NCBI GenBank assembly: GCA_947444055.1
Contig: CANEYR010000014.1
Location: forward strand, 1,738-65,737
Direction: 5' to 3'
From: Planctomycetota bacterium
GTDB lineage: Bacteria; Planctomycetota; UBA1135; UBA2386
Length of the DNA: 64,000 bases
Below are positions 7,861-17,146 of this stretch, one piece after another. Within the stretch, counting starts at the first letter, position 1. The number at the start of each line of letters is the position of its first letter. Both the position numbers and the translations under genes were made by a program. The notes under the pieces are model-generated. The model was not told the DNA's origin. It saw only the letters and a program-made list of their open reading frames with translations, and did no database searches.

Positions 7861-10815
7861 ATGTCACCGTCAGATGATCGCCGCACCGCCGACACCGCCG
7901 TGCCATCAGGCCAGCTGGCGGCGCGCCTCGCCCGCCTCGGCGACGCCATGGATGCGTTCCTGCGGTTTCAGGCCAGCGGTGAACGCGCCGACCGGGCGCA
8001 GTTCCTGGCGCAACACGACGATCTCCGCGACCTGCTCGAACCGATGCTCGACGACGCGGCGACCGACCTATTCGACGAAGTCGAACTCGAACCCACCCGT
8101 GCCGAAGACCTCGTGATCGGCCCCGATCTCTGCGTCGGCGACTACCGCATCGTGCGCGAGGTCGGCCGCGGCGGCATGGGCACCGTCTACGAAGCGCGCC
8201 AGATCTCGCTCGACCGCCGCGTCGCGCTCAAGTTGCTGCACAGCCACCTCGCGTTCGCCCCGCGCTCGATCGAGCGCTTCCGCCAAGAAGCGGCCGCGGC
8301 GGCGCGCCTGACGCACCCTGGCATTGTGCCGATCATCGAAGTCGGCGAGTGGCGCGGGCGACACTTCTTCAGCATGGAGTTCGTCGACGGTCGCCCGCTG
8401 CACGAAGTCATGCTGCACGAACGCCTCGGCGTGCGCAGCGACTGCAGCCGCGCCGCCGAATGCGCCGAACTGGTCGCGCGGGTGGCCGACGCCTTGCAGC
8501 ATGCGCACGACGGCGGCCTGGTGCACCGCGACGTCAAGCCGCACAACGTGATGATCGGTGCCGATGGCCAGGTGCGACTGCTCGACTTCGGCCTGGCCAA
8601 GAATCTCGCGTCGGAGGCCCATTCGGTGTCCGGCGAATTCCTCGGTACGCCGCACTACTGCAGCCCCGAGCAGATCAATGGCCAGACCAAGGTAGGCCCG
8701 CGGTCGGATGTCTTCTCGCTCGGCATCGTGCTCTACGAACTGCTCGCCCGGCAGCGCCCCTTCGATGGCGAGAGTGCGCGCGTTGTCATGCAACGCATCG
8801 AGGCGGGTCAGTTCGAGGCCTTGCGCCGGGTCGCGCCGACAACACCACGCGACCTGCAGACCATTTGCCACAAGGCCCTCGAGCTGCAACCCAGTGATCG
8901 TTACGCGAGCGCTGGTGAGTTCGCCGCCGACTTGCGGCGCTTCCTGCGCATCGAGCCGATCCACGCGGCACCGCCCAACGCCATCGTGTGCAGCATCAAG
9001 TGGGTCCGCCGGCACCGCTTGCGCGTCGCGCTATGGACGACCGCAACCTTGCTGGTCGTCGGTGCACCCACTGCGTACGCACTGCACGAACACAACACCG
9101 CCCTGCTCGTGCAGCACGAGCGCGCCATGCTCGACCAGGCCGAGGATGTCGCCTTCCGCGGCATCGAGCAGACGCTGTCCCTGCTTGGCGAACAACTCGA
9201 CCGCCAACCGGGTCCGGGCAGCCGCCACGAACCGCGCATCGAGGCTGTCGTTCGCCTGTGCGAGAACTTCCTGGACCTGCGCGCCGCCGAACCCACCCGC
9301 CGCATCCGGGTCGCCCAGGCCTTCTACGTGACGAGCGGCATCTACCTGCAGCTTGACGATGCTGCGACAGCGCTCGCCGTCTGCGACCGCGCGCGGGTGA
9401 TCCTCGGCGTGCAGGCTGATCGGAGCGAAACGGGCCCCGGCGCCGAACTCGAAGGGCGACTGCTGCGGCGCGAGCTGCACATTCGCCAGCGCCTGCAGCC
9501 CCACGAAAGCGACGAGCAGTTCGAACGCGCCATCGCCCATTGGCGGCGCTTGGTCGAACCCAGCGACGCGCGGCTCGAACTGGTCGTCGAATATGCCGAA
9601 ACGTTGCTGGTGCGGGCGCGCGCGCTGGCCGACCAGAGCAAGCGTCGGCTCGAAGCCGAGCGACTGCTGCGCCGCGTGCTCGCGGTCTTGCCGCCGGAAC
9701 GTCGCCAGTCGCACGTGCGCGCGCAGGTGACGGCGCTGCGAGCCAACACCGCGCTTGGCTATGTGCTGTTGTGGACTGGCCGGTCCAGCCAAGCATTGAC
9801 GGTGCTGACGGAAACCGTCGCCAGCATCGAAGCGCTGCCGGCAGATCCGGTGCTGGCAGTGGAGCAAACGCTAGCTACCGCGGGCATCGGCGACGCCCAG
9901 CAACGGCTAGGTAAACACACCGAGGCGGAGAGTGCCCTGCGCACCGCCATCGCCTCGGCGACCAAATTCGTCGCCGAATTTCCAGGCTCGTTGCCGCTGC
10001 GGCGCGCGCTGCTGCGCAGTCAGGTCAGGCTCGGCACCCAACTGCTCAGCCAACGCAAAGTCGACGACGCTGAGCAGATCCTGCGCCAGGCCGCGACAGG
10101 CTTTGGCGATGAGGTGGTCGGTCGAGGCACCAACGGCTCGTGGATGGACCGTGAGCTGCGCGCCGACCTCGACTTGCAGCTCGCCAACTGCATCCTGATC
10201 CGCTGCAACGGCACGGGCGACTGTTCGGAAGCCGAGTCGCTGCTGCATGCCGCTTGCGCACTGCTCGAAGCTCTGAGCCAAGAACAGCCGGAGCAGTTCG
10301 AGTTCCAGATCGAACTCGGTGCTTCGCTCAACAATCTGGCTGCTCTGGCCAACCAACGGACTGAGAGTCGTACGGCGATCGACTTTGCGCAGCGGGCCAT
10401 CGCCCAGCAAGAGATCGCGTTGGCTATAGCACCGGAGAACCGGCGGGCGCGCATGTTCCTTGGCATGCACTTCGGCCAGCTCGCCTTGGGCCTGGCCAAC
10501 AGCGGCGACTTTGACGGTGCGGTGCAGGCGGCCAAGGCCGCCGCCGAACACGCCCCGCGCCACACGGCCACGCTGCGCATGGCCGCCGAGGTGGCGACGC
10601 GCGCCGCCGCCGCTACAGCCGCCGACCTGTCGCTCGACCCGGCGCTGCGCACGCGCTCGGTCGAAGAACGAGCCCGCCTCGCGGTCGCCGCGCTCGAGCA
10701 GATCGCCAAGACCAGCAAGGCCGAAGCGCGCCGCTGGCTCGGCGAGCCACGCTTCGAGTTCCTCAGCGAGCGGGCCGACTTCAAGCACCTCGCGCGTGAG
10801 GTCGCGGATCGATGA
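7861..10815 (+). CDS. Ser/Thr protein kinase with TM segment and long TPR-rich C-terminal region (984 aa)
   Basis: Hanks kinase motifs GRGGMGTVYEA, VALKLL, HRDVKPHNVM, DFGLA and SPEQ. A hydrophobic segment (LRVALWTTATLLVVGAP) follows, then ~580 aa of TPR-like helices. Confidence 0.95.
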   Translation: MSPSDDRRTADTAVPSGQLAARLARLGDAMDAFLRFQASGERADRAQFLAQHDDLRDLLEPMLDDAATDLFDEVELEPTRAEDLVIGPDLCVGDYRIVREVGRGGMGTVYEARQISLDRRVALKLLHSHLAFAPRSIERFRQEAAAAARLTHPGIVPIIEVGEWRGRHFFSMEFVDGRPLHEVMLHERLGVRSDCSRAAECAELVARVADALQHAHDGGLVHRDVKPHNVMIGADGQVRLLDFGLAKNLASEAHSVSGEFLGTPHYCSPEQINGQTKVGPRSDVFSLGIVLYELLARQRPFDGESARVVMQRIEAGQFEALRRVAPTTPRDLQTICHKALELQPSDRYASAGEFAADLRRFLRIEPIHAAPPNAIVCSIKWVRRHRLRVALWTTATLLVVGAPTAYALHEHNTALLVQHERAMLDQAEDVAFRGIEQTLSLLGEQLDRQPGPGSRHEPRIEAVVRLCENFLDLRAAEPTRRIRVAQAFYVTSGIYLQLDDAATALAVCDRARVILGVQADRSETGPGAELEGRLLRRELHIRQRLQPHESDEQFERAIAHWRRLVEPSDARLELVVEYAETLLVRARALADQSKRRLEAERLLRRVLAVLPPERRQSHVRAQVTALRANTALGYVLLWTGRSSQALTVLTETVASIEALPADPVLAVEQTLATAGIGDAQQRLGKHTEAESALRTAIASATKFVAEFPGSLPLRRALLRSQVRLGTQLLSQRKVDDAEQILRQAATGFGDEVVGRGTNGSWMDRELRADLDLQLANCILIRCNGTGDCSEAESLLHAACALLEALSQEQPEQFEFQIELGASLNNLAALANQRTESRTAIDFAQRAIAQQEIALAIAPENRRARMFLGMHFGQLALGLANSGDFDGAVQAAKAAAEHAPRHTATLRMAAEVATRAAAATAADLSLDPALRTRSVEERARLAVAALEQIAKTSKAEARRWLGEPRFEFLSERADFKHLAREVADR

Positions 10816-11474
10816 GCATCAACAGCGCAGCGCCCATCACCCAGCAGCTCCTGCTGCTGCACCAGGGAGACCATGACGCCCTGCAGCGCCTGATCCACGA
10901 CCACCTGCCGTGGATCGAGACCCACGTGCGCAAGAAGCTGACGCCGCTCGTGCGCCTCGACGGGGATACGCAGGACTTCGTGCAAGAAGCACTGCTGGAT
11001 GTGTTGCGCGACGGGCCGCGTTTCGTCGTCGGCAACACGGCCGGCTTCCGTGCCTTGCTCGCACGCATCGTCGAGAACAACCTGCTCGATCGAGTGCGCT
11101 ACATGCAGCGTGGCCAGCGCGACCGGCGACGGCAGCGGGCGCTGCCGAGCGACTCGGTGCTGATGCTCGATGCGCCAGCGCGCAGCATCACCGCACCGTC
11201 AGTGCAGGCCGAACGCAACGAACGCGATGCGTGGATGCGACTGGCCCTCGAACTGCTCGATCCCGACGACCGCGAAGTGATCCGGTTGCGTGATTGGGAG
11301 GGGCTAACGTTCCCCGAAGTCGGCGCGCGCATGGGGTCGACCGAGGAAGGCGCGCGCAAGCGCTACCGGCGGGCCTTGCCGCGGCTCGCGCAGAAGCTCG
11401 GGCTGTTGCGAGAGGGTCAGTGGCAGCGCACGTTGCCGGACACGCCAGAGGACGCCGCCAGTTCGCCGAACTGA
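10812..11474 (+). CDS. ECF-type RNA polymerase sigma factor (220 aa)
   Basis: Region 2 reads DTQDFVQEALLDVL and region 4 reads REVIRLRDWEGLTFPEVGARMGSTEEGARKRYRRAL. The ATG overlaps the kinase stop (ATGA at 10812-10815). Confidence 0.9.
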   Translation: MSINSAAPITQQLLLLHQGDHDALQRLIHDHLPWIETHVRKKLTPLVRLDGDTQDFVQEALLDVLRDGPRFVVGNTAGFRALLARIVENNLLDRVRYMQRGQRDRRRQRALPSDSVLMLDAPARSITAPSVQAERNERDAWMRLALELLDPDDREVIRLRDWEGLTFPEVGARMGSTEEGARKRYRRALPRLAQKLGLLREGQWQRTLPDTPEDAASSPN

Positions 11475-11538
11475 GCGACGGGCCCCCGTCGTTCTTGGCG
11501 CGGATAGGCGCTGCCCATTCCCGCCGCTACCGCGTCCG

Positions 11539-12477
11539 CTACAGCACGTCAACGCGCAGCGCGGCACTGCTCGCGATCTGCAGCGGCGTCAGCGTCACGC
11601 CGAGCAATTGCCCATAGAACGTGAAGGGCCGCACCGGCGGCGGCACCGCGATCGACCAGCTGGCTGGCTGCGGTGAGGCGAGCCATTGCAGATCGGTCGC
11701 GATTGCATCGACGAGCAGGGTGCAACCTGGCGGCAACGGCAGCGCGACCGCCAGCGGTTGCAGGCCGAGCACGAGGATCGCCAGATCGTTCCCAGGTGCC
11801 GTGCCGACGAAGTCGACGCCGTTCGTGAAGTTACCGGCGGCGGCGAGGGCCGGGACCGAGGGTCCGCAGCCGACTCCCGATGCTTGCACGGTCGCATGCG
11901 TCGCCTCGATGCGCAGTGACAGAGCGGCCGCGGCGCTGCCGGCGTAACTCCACCACGAGCCCCACGGACCGTAGACCGTGCCAGCCGTCGCCTGCGTGCT
12001 GGCGGTGACGACCACGACGAGTGATCCGGGCCCGAACGTGACGGGCAGGATCGCGCTGCCATTGGCGTCGATCGAGCCATCGCCGTGCAGATCGATCGCG
12101 ACCGTCGCCACGCCAGTGCCGGCCGCGGTCACGTTCCAATCGAGCGCGAGCCGCGCGGTGACCGGCTGTGCCGCCCACAGTTCGTAGCGAACCGCGGCGT
12201 ACGTGACGCTGTCACCGGGCGCGTTCGCAACACCACCGAGCTGCCAGCCAATGCTCGCTCGCGTCGATGTCAGATCGTGCGCCATGGTGAGGTGCGCGTG
12301 CCCCACGCTGCTGGTCACGGCGCGCGACAGACCGCCCCACACATCGCTGCCGACCAGCACCGGCGCCGCGAGTGCATTGCCGGCCCGCACGGTCTGCGAT
12401 TGCAGCAACGACATCGGCTGCAATTGGGCGGCAGCGGGCGTCGCGGCGAGCAAGGCAAGGATCGTGGACAGGCGCAT
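11539..12477 (-). CDS. Secreted protein of unknown function (312 aa) with the recurrent C-terminal Cys module
   Basis: Signal peptide MRLSTILALLAATPAAAQ. The C-terminus reads GVGCGPS...LPPGCTLLVD...ASWSIAVP...FYGQLL...SSAALRVDVL. Confidence 0.75.
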   Translation of the reverse strand: MRLSTILALLAATPAAAQLQPMSLLQSQTVRAGNALAAPVLVGSDVWGGLSRAVTSSVGHAHLTMAHDLTSTRASIGWQLGGVANAPGDSVTYAAVRYELWAAQPVTARLALDWNVTAAGTGVATVAIDLHGDGSIDANGSAILPVTFGPGSLVVVVTASTQATAGTVYGPWGSWWSYAGSAAAALSLRIEATHATVQASGVGCGPSVPALAAAGNFTNGVDFVGTAPGNDLAILVLGLQPLAVALPLPPGCTLLVDAIATDLQWLASPQPASWSIAVPPPVRPFTFYGQLLGVTLTPLQIASSAALRVDVL

Positions 12478-12629
12478 GGGTTCCCCACTCGCAGCCTACT
12501 TCGGTGTGAACGCCGCGCGCGGGCGGGTCGCGTTGCCGCCCATGCCATCGTTCTCAGTTAGCGACTCGATGGCGACTTCCATCGCCTGCCGATGCATCAT
12601 GCACGCGTGCGATCACTGACTGCGTGCCG

Positions 12630-13571
12630 ATGATGAACGAAGCCAAGGCCCTGTCGATCGTCATCGTCAACTGGAACACGCGCGACCTGCTGCTCTCGCT
12701 GCTCGCCCGCTTGTTGACCGCCCCGCGGCTCACTTGCGAAGTGATCGTCATCGACAACCAGAGTGCGGACGACAGCGTGCTGGCCGCGCGCGCAGCCTTC
12801 CCCGCGGCGATCGTCTTGCCGCAGCCAGTGAACGGCGGCTTTGCCTACGGTGTGAATCGCGGCCTCGAACGCGCCACTGGCCGCTGGGTGATGCTGCTCA
12901 ACACCGATGCAGAAGCCAACTGGAACGACCTCGCGGCCTTCGTCGCTGCCGCCGAACGCGAACCCAGCGTCGCCGTGTTTGGACCGCGCATCACCGATGA
13001 GCATGGCGCCGTGCAGCGCAGCACGTGGCGCCGTCACCAGCCGCGCCACTACTTGCCGCAGGCGTTGTTTCTCGGGCGGTTGGTTGCGGATGCGATGCCG
13101 TCCGCAGCGAGCGATGTCGATTGCGTCAGTGGCTGCGTGTTCTTGCTGCGGCGCGACGTGTTGGCCCAGATCGGCGGTTTCGACGAACGCTTCTTCATGT
13201 ACTACGAAGAGGCAGATTTCTGCGCGCGCGTGCGCGCCGCTGGTCATCGCATTCGCTGGCTGCCGGACGCGTCCTTCGTGCACGTCGGCGGCCTCAGCGC
13301 CGCGCAATCCGCCGAGCGCACGTTCCTGGCGTTCCGCGAAAGCTGCTTGCTCTACCACGCGGTCTGGCACGGGCGCGCGTGGACCGAGTATGTGCGCGCC
13401 TGCCTCGTGCTCGGCCACCTGCTGCGGTTGATGGTGTGGGGTGCGCTCGCCATCGCTGGCAAGAAGCATCGAGTTCGTCTGTACGCCACAGCCTTGCGGC
13501 AACTGCTGCGCCCCGGCTACGTCGGGGAACTGTGCCGCCGTCCGCGGGTGCTGCCGACGCTGACGCCTTGA
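12630..13571 (+). CDS. Family-2 glycosyltransferase (313 aa)
   Basis: LSIVIVNWNTRDLL, VIVIDNQSADDS, GGFAYGVNRG, LLNTDAE and FFMYYEEADFCARV are typical GT2 (rhamnosyltransferase-like) motifs. Confidence 0.9.
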   Translation: MMNEAKALSIVIVNWNTRDLLLSLLARLLTAPRLTCEVIVIDNQSADDSVLAARAAFPAAIVLPQPVNGGFAYGVNRGLERATGRWVMLLNTDAEANWNDLAAFVAAAEREPSVAVFGPRITDEHGAVQRSTWRRHQPRHYLPQALFLGRLVADAMPSAASDVDCVSGCVFLLRRDVLAQIGGFDERFFMYYEEADFCARVRAAGHRIRWLPDASFVHVGGLSAAQSAERTFLAFRESCLLYHAVWHGRAWTEYVRACLVLGHLLRLMVWGALAIAGKKHRVRLYATALRQLLRPGYVGELCRRPRVLPTLTP

Positions 13572-13589
13572 GTCACGTCGCCCGCGACC

Positions 13590-15026
13590 TCAACGCACCC
13601 GGCGCCACGCAACCAGCCAGAGCAAGCGAACGTGGCCGAGGATCGTGCGCAGCACCCGCATCTTGGAAACACCGAACAGTCGCGCCTCTAAGACGCATGG
13701 GTGCTCAGCAACACGGCCGCCGCGACGCAGCACCCGCACCAGCAACTCGGCGGTGCCGAGGAATCCAGGGTTCGTCAACGGTAGATCGACGACGAACGCG
13801 CGGCGGTAGACGCGAAAGCAACTGGTCCAAGTGCGCACCGGGGAACCCAGCAAGACGCGGTAGGCCGCCGACAACGTGCGCGACAGCAGCAGCCGCCATC
13901 CCGGCACGTTCTTGACGCCGCCGAGCCGGTGGTAGGGCGACGCCGTGACGACATCGGCGCTGGCCGCGAGCGCCACCATCGCGCGCAGTTCCATCGGGTC
14001 GTACGACAGGTCGCCGTCGATCGACGCGACGAGCTCGGCGTCCGTCGCGTGCAGTCCGGACGCAATCGCGGCGGCGACACCGCGGTTCTGATCGTGTTGC
14101 ACGAGCGTGGCGTTGGCGCGCTGAGCGAAGTGCTGGCGCAACAGCGCCCAGGTGCGATCACTGCTGCCGTCGTCGACCAACACGAACTCACAGGCGACGA
14201 GGTCGGCAAGGTGCGCGGTCACGGCATCGAGTTCGCATGCGAGCGACTCGATGCCGGACTCTTCGTTCTTCAACGGCACCACGATCGCGAGGCGCGGCAT
14301 CTTCGCGGAGGGCAGCTGCCGGGTCGCGGCGGCTGCCGACGCGCGCACGGGGGCCGGCGATCGTGCCCCACCAAGCTGCTGCAGCAGCGTGCCCCCGACG
14401 CCGCTCGCCAGCCACTGCGCCAGCACCCGTTCGCCGTGCGCCATCTGGTCGTAGTGAGCGGCGAACGCCTGGCGCGGCAACCCGACGAGCCGAGGCTGGT
14501 CGCGATCCAATTGCCAAGCCGCGAACGTGCGCAGCGCCGCTTGCCGTTCACCTCGAAGCTCTTGCACGCGTTCCGTCGGCCAGCCGGCGATCGGCGTCGC
14601 GTCATACACAAAGCCGACGCTGGCGAGCCACTCGCTCCACCAAGCCTTCGCGGGCAGCGGCCACGGCGAACGCAAGCCGCGCAGCGCGACACCGGTGGCG
14701 CCTTCGATCGCGGCGATGTCCTGCAGCCAGGCGCTGGTCGTGCGGTCGCGATCGGCCATCGGCAAAGCCGCCAGCGCCACTTCATGACCGGCGGCCACGA
14801 GTTCGCGCAGGAGGCCCGGCGAACGTCGCGCCAAGTCGCCGGTGACAAACCAAGTCGCCCGCACCCCTGCTCGCGCGCACATCGCCAGCGCCGCCCCCAC
14901 CGCCAACTCGCTGCGCGCCTGCAGCCGCCGCCAATGGCGAACGCTGACGTGCTCGCGCAGACCGGGATCGTGAAACCACTCCGACGCATCGATCGCGAGG
15001 GCAGCAGGGTCTCGGTCGTGGCTCAC
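13590..15026 (-). CDS. Polysaccharide-deacetylase-like domain fused to a GT2 (dolichyl-phosphate-sugar-transferase-like) domain
   Basis: The N-terminal half reads LAIDASEWFHD...ATWFVTGDLARRSP...GHEVALA (deacetylase-like). The C-terminal half reads LAIVVPLKNEE...VLVDDGSSDRT...NRGVAAA...DGDLSYDP (GT2). The ORF runs to 15110, but codons 13-24 lie inside a 32-bp repeat that elsewhere is a gene 3' end. I therefore prefer the in-frame GTG at 15026. Confidence 0.8.
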   Translation of the reverse strand: MSHDRDPAALAIDASEWFHDPGLREHVSVRHWRRLQARSELAVGAALAMCARAGVRATWFVTGDLARRSPGLLRELVAAGHEVALAALPMADRDRTTSAWLQDIAAIEGATGVALRGLRSPWPLPAKAWWSEWLASVGFVYDATPIAGWPTERVQELRGERQAALRTFAAWQLDRDQPRLVGLPRQAFAAHYDQMAHGERVLAQWLASGVGGTLLQQLGGARSPAPVRASAAAATRQLPSAKMPRLAIVVPLKNEESGIESLACELDAVTAHLADLVACEFVLVDDGSSDRTWALLRQHFAQRANATLVQHDQNRGVAAAIASGLHATDAELVASIDGDLSYDPMELRAMVALAASADVVTASPYHRLGGVKNVPGWRLLLSRTLSAAYRVLLGSPVRTWTSCFRVYRRAFVVDLPLTNPGFLGTAELLVRVLRRGGRVAEHPCVLEARLFGVSKMRVLRTILGHVRLLWLVAWRRVR

Positions 15027-15041
15027 CGCGGCGTTGTAGCG

Positions 15042-15073
15042 CCGCGACGGCGCGCCTACAGAATCTTCTGCAC
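15042..15073. repeat. Perfect 32-bp direct repeat, copy A (ccgcgacggcgcgcctacagaatcttctgcac)
   Basis: Identical to 17115..17146. The flanking bases differ on both sides. Confidence 0.95.
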
Positions 15074-15164
15074 AACGACGTGGTGCGGAGGATTTCCCGT
15101 TCTCTCGCACGGCGAAGCTCTGCGCCGTTCAAGTCCGCATGCAACCTACCGACGCCGCCGTCTC

Positions 15165-17033
15165 GTGACCGCCCTTGCGAGTCGCCGCCGGTTGACTAGG
15201 CGCGCTCTTCAGTCTGCGACCGTGTGTTCGCTGCTGGCATCGCTGCTGGCTTCGTTGTGCGCGCAGTCGCCGCAACCGGCCCGCTTCCCGCACTCCGGCC
15301 GCGTCATCGATGCGCACGGCACGTCGGTCGCCAACGCCCACGTCACCGTGGTCAGCACCTCACCGTTGAGCATGCACCAGGAGGCGAGTGTCGTGTCCGC
15401 TACCACCGATGCCGAAGGCCGCTTCCGCGCCGCCCTGGATGCGGCCCGGGGCTACGTGGCATGGGCAGCCGTGGAACGGCCCCAAGGAACACTGGTCACG
15501 CCGCCGGTCGAGGTGAGTGTCGCTCCGATCGATATCCGGCTATCGGCGCAGGACGTGGTCGCGCCGCGCCACTTCGCTGTCGGCAACGCCGCGCTCTGGC
15601 AGGAACATGGGCCGCTGCGCGTCGAGATCGTTCCGCGCGGCTGCCGCGCCCTCGACCTGCGTGGCCGTCTCGACGCCGACGGCAAGCTGCCGCTACCGCC
15701 ACTGCCGGACCTGCTCTGTGAAGTGCGTGTGTTCGCGCGCGACCGCCTCGTCCACCATGCCGTGTGCCTGCTGCACCACGGCCTGCAACTGCCGGTTCCA
15801 CGCCGCATCGCCGTGCGCGTCCAAGACGACAAGGGGCAGCCGCGCGCGGGCGTTGTCGTGCACCGCCTCACCCACGCCGGCGTCAGCGACGGCGGTCCGT
15901 TCGCGCAGGCCCACGACGCAGAACGCCACCCGCTCGCCACCACCGCCGAGGACGGCACCGCCGAAATCCTGGTGGCCTGCGCCACCGACCCGCTCCACGG
16001 CGCTGGCGATAACGAGATCGTGTTCGCCGCATCGCTGCCGGCCCACGCTGAGAGCATGTCCGGCTTTTCGACCCGGCCATTCGTCGACGGGGTCGCGGTG
16101 AAGGAGCCGAGCGCATTGCATGAGGTGCTCCAGTTCACGTTGCGCGCCCAGGCCGAACGTCGGCTCGCGGTGAAGACCGCGGCTGGTGCCGAGCCACCCT
16201 CGATCCGGCTGCTCGGGTTGAATGACGTTCCGCTCGACCTTGACAAGAGCACGACGATGCCGGTGGCGCACACGCTGCCCGTGGCGAGCGGGGAGGTGCG
16301 GTTGCCCGCCTTCGGTGGCTGGCATCACGCCAAGGCGATCGAAGTCGCCGGCCAGATGGCGCCCCTCGCGGCCGACGATCCGTACCGGCGCATCGCGCGC
16401 CCGACGACACTGACGTTGCCGGCGTCACGGCTCGTCGCCGTCGAGAGCATCGACCTGAGCGCGCTCGTGGCCTTGCGTCTGCAGTTGCTCGATGGCTCCT
16501 CGGGGCCCGCCATCGGCGCGCATGTGCTCTGTACGCCCGAGGACGGCAACGCGTTTCTCGACCCGGCCTATGGCATGCGAGCGCAGACCGATCGTTCAGG
16601 GCGCCTCGTGCTGCCACTCACGGCCGGCCGATGGTGCGTACTGGCGGTGCTCGACGATGCGTGGGGGCACCTCGTGGTCGACGTCGTTCATGGCCTCGCG
16701 CCGCAGTCGCTGCAACTGCAGCCGCTCGATCGCATGCCGGTGCGGGTCGTCGACGGCCAGGGGGCGCCGTTGGCGAATGTGCGGTTCACCTCCGACGGTG
16801 CCAGCTGGAGAGGCGGCGGTTCGCCGCAGGAGGAGCTGCTGCGCAATGTGGCCTGGGGCATCACGCGCTGGTCGCTGCAGCGCAAGGCTAGCGATGCGAA
16901 CGGCCACGCCGACCTGTTCTTCCTCGCCGCCCGCAACATGCAAACCAACCTGACGACGGTGCACAGGGACAAGACCGAGAAGCAAGGCTACTTGCGCGTC
17001 GACGAAGACCGGCTCGATCTCGTGCTCCGCTGA
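15165..17033 (+). CDS. Secreted protein with carboxypeptidase-regulatory-like (CarboxypepD_reg) beta-sandwich repeat(s) (622 aa, GTG start)
   Basis: After the GTG at 15165 comes a signal-like segment, TALASRRRLTRRALQSATVCSLLASLLASLCAQS. GRVIDAHGTSVANAHVTVV...TDAEGRFRA is the typical CarboxypepD_reg signature. The first 412 codons of ORF 13929..17033 are antisense to the preceding gene. Confidence 0.75.
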   Translation: MTALASRRRLTRRALQSATVCSLLASLLASLCAQSPQPARFPHSGRVIDAHGTSVANAHVTVVSTSPLSMHQEASVVSATTDAEGRFRAALDAARGYVAWAAVERPQGTLVTPPVEVSVAPIDIRLSAQDVVAPRHFAVGNAALWQEHGPLRVEIVPRGCRALDLRGRLDADGKLPLPPLPDLLCEVRVFARDRLVHHAVCLLHHGLQLPVPRRIAVRVQDDKGQPRAGVVVHRLTHAGVSDGGPFAQAHDAERHPLATTAEDGTAEILVACATDPLHGAGDNEIVFAASLPAHAESMSGFSTRPFVDGVAVKEPSALHEVLQFTLRAQAERRLAVKTAAGAEPPSIRLLGLNDVPLDLDKSTTMPVAHTLPVASGEVRLPAFGGWHHAKAIEVAGQMAPLAADDPYRRIARPTTLTLPASRLVAVESIDLSALVALRLQLLDGSSGPAIGAHVLCTPEDGNAFLDPAYGMRAQTDRSGRLVLPLTAGRWCVLAVLDDAWGHLVVDVVHGLAPQSLQLQPLDRMPVRVVDGQGAPLANVRFTSDGASWRGGGSPQEELLRNVAWGITRWSLQRKASDANGHADLFFLAARNMQTNLTTVHRDKTEKQGYLRVDEDRLDLVLR

Positions 17034-17114
17034 CCGCAAGACGCCAACGTCTGCTGCGCCCATGCGTGAAGGATTGGGCTCCGGACGAGAAGAGCAAGTC
17101 GCCCGCACACCTGC

Positions 17115-17146
17115 CCGCGACGGCGCGCCTACAGAATCTTCTGCAC
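17115..17146. repeat. Perfect 32-bp direct repeat, copy B
   Basis: Identical to 15042..15073. It covers the last five codons, the stop and 14 nt downstream of the BY-kinase-like gene. Confidence 0.95.

Noticed and set aside
13929-15164. First 412 codons of the 1034-aa + strand ORF (13929..17033)
   Set aside because: This part is antisense to the deacetylase-GT2 gene and reads as Arg/Gly/His-rich noise. Recognisable protein (signal peptide, CarboxypepD_reg motif) begins only after the GTG at 15165.
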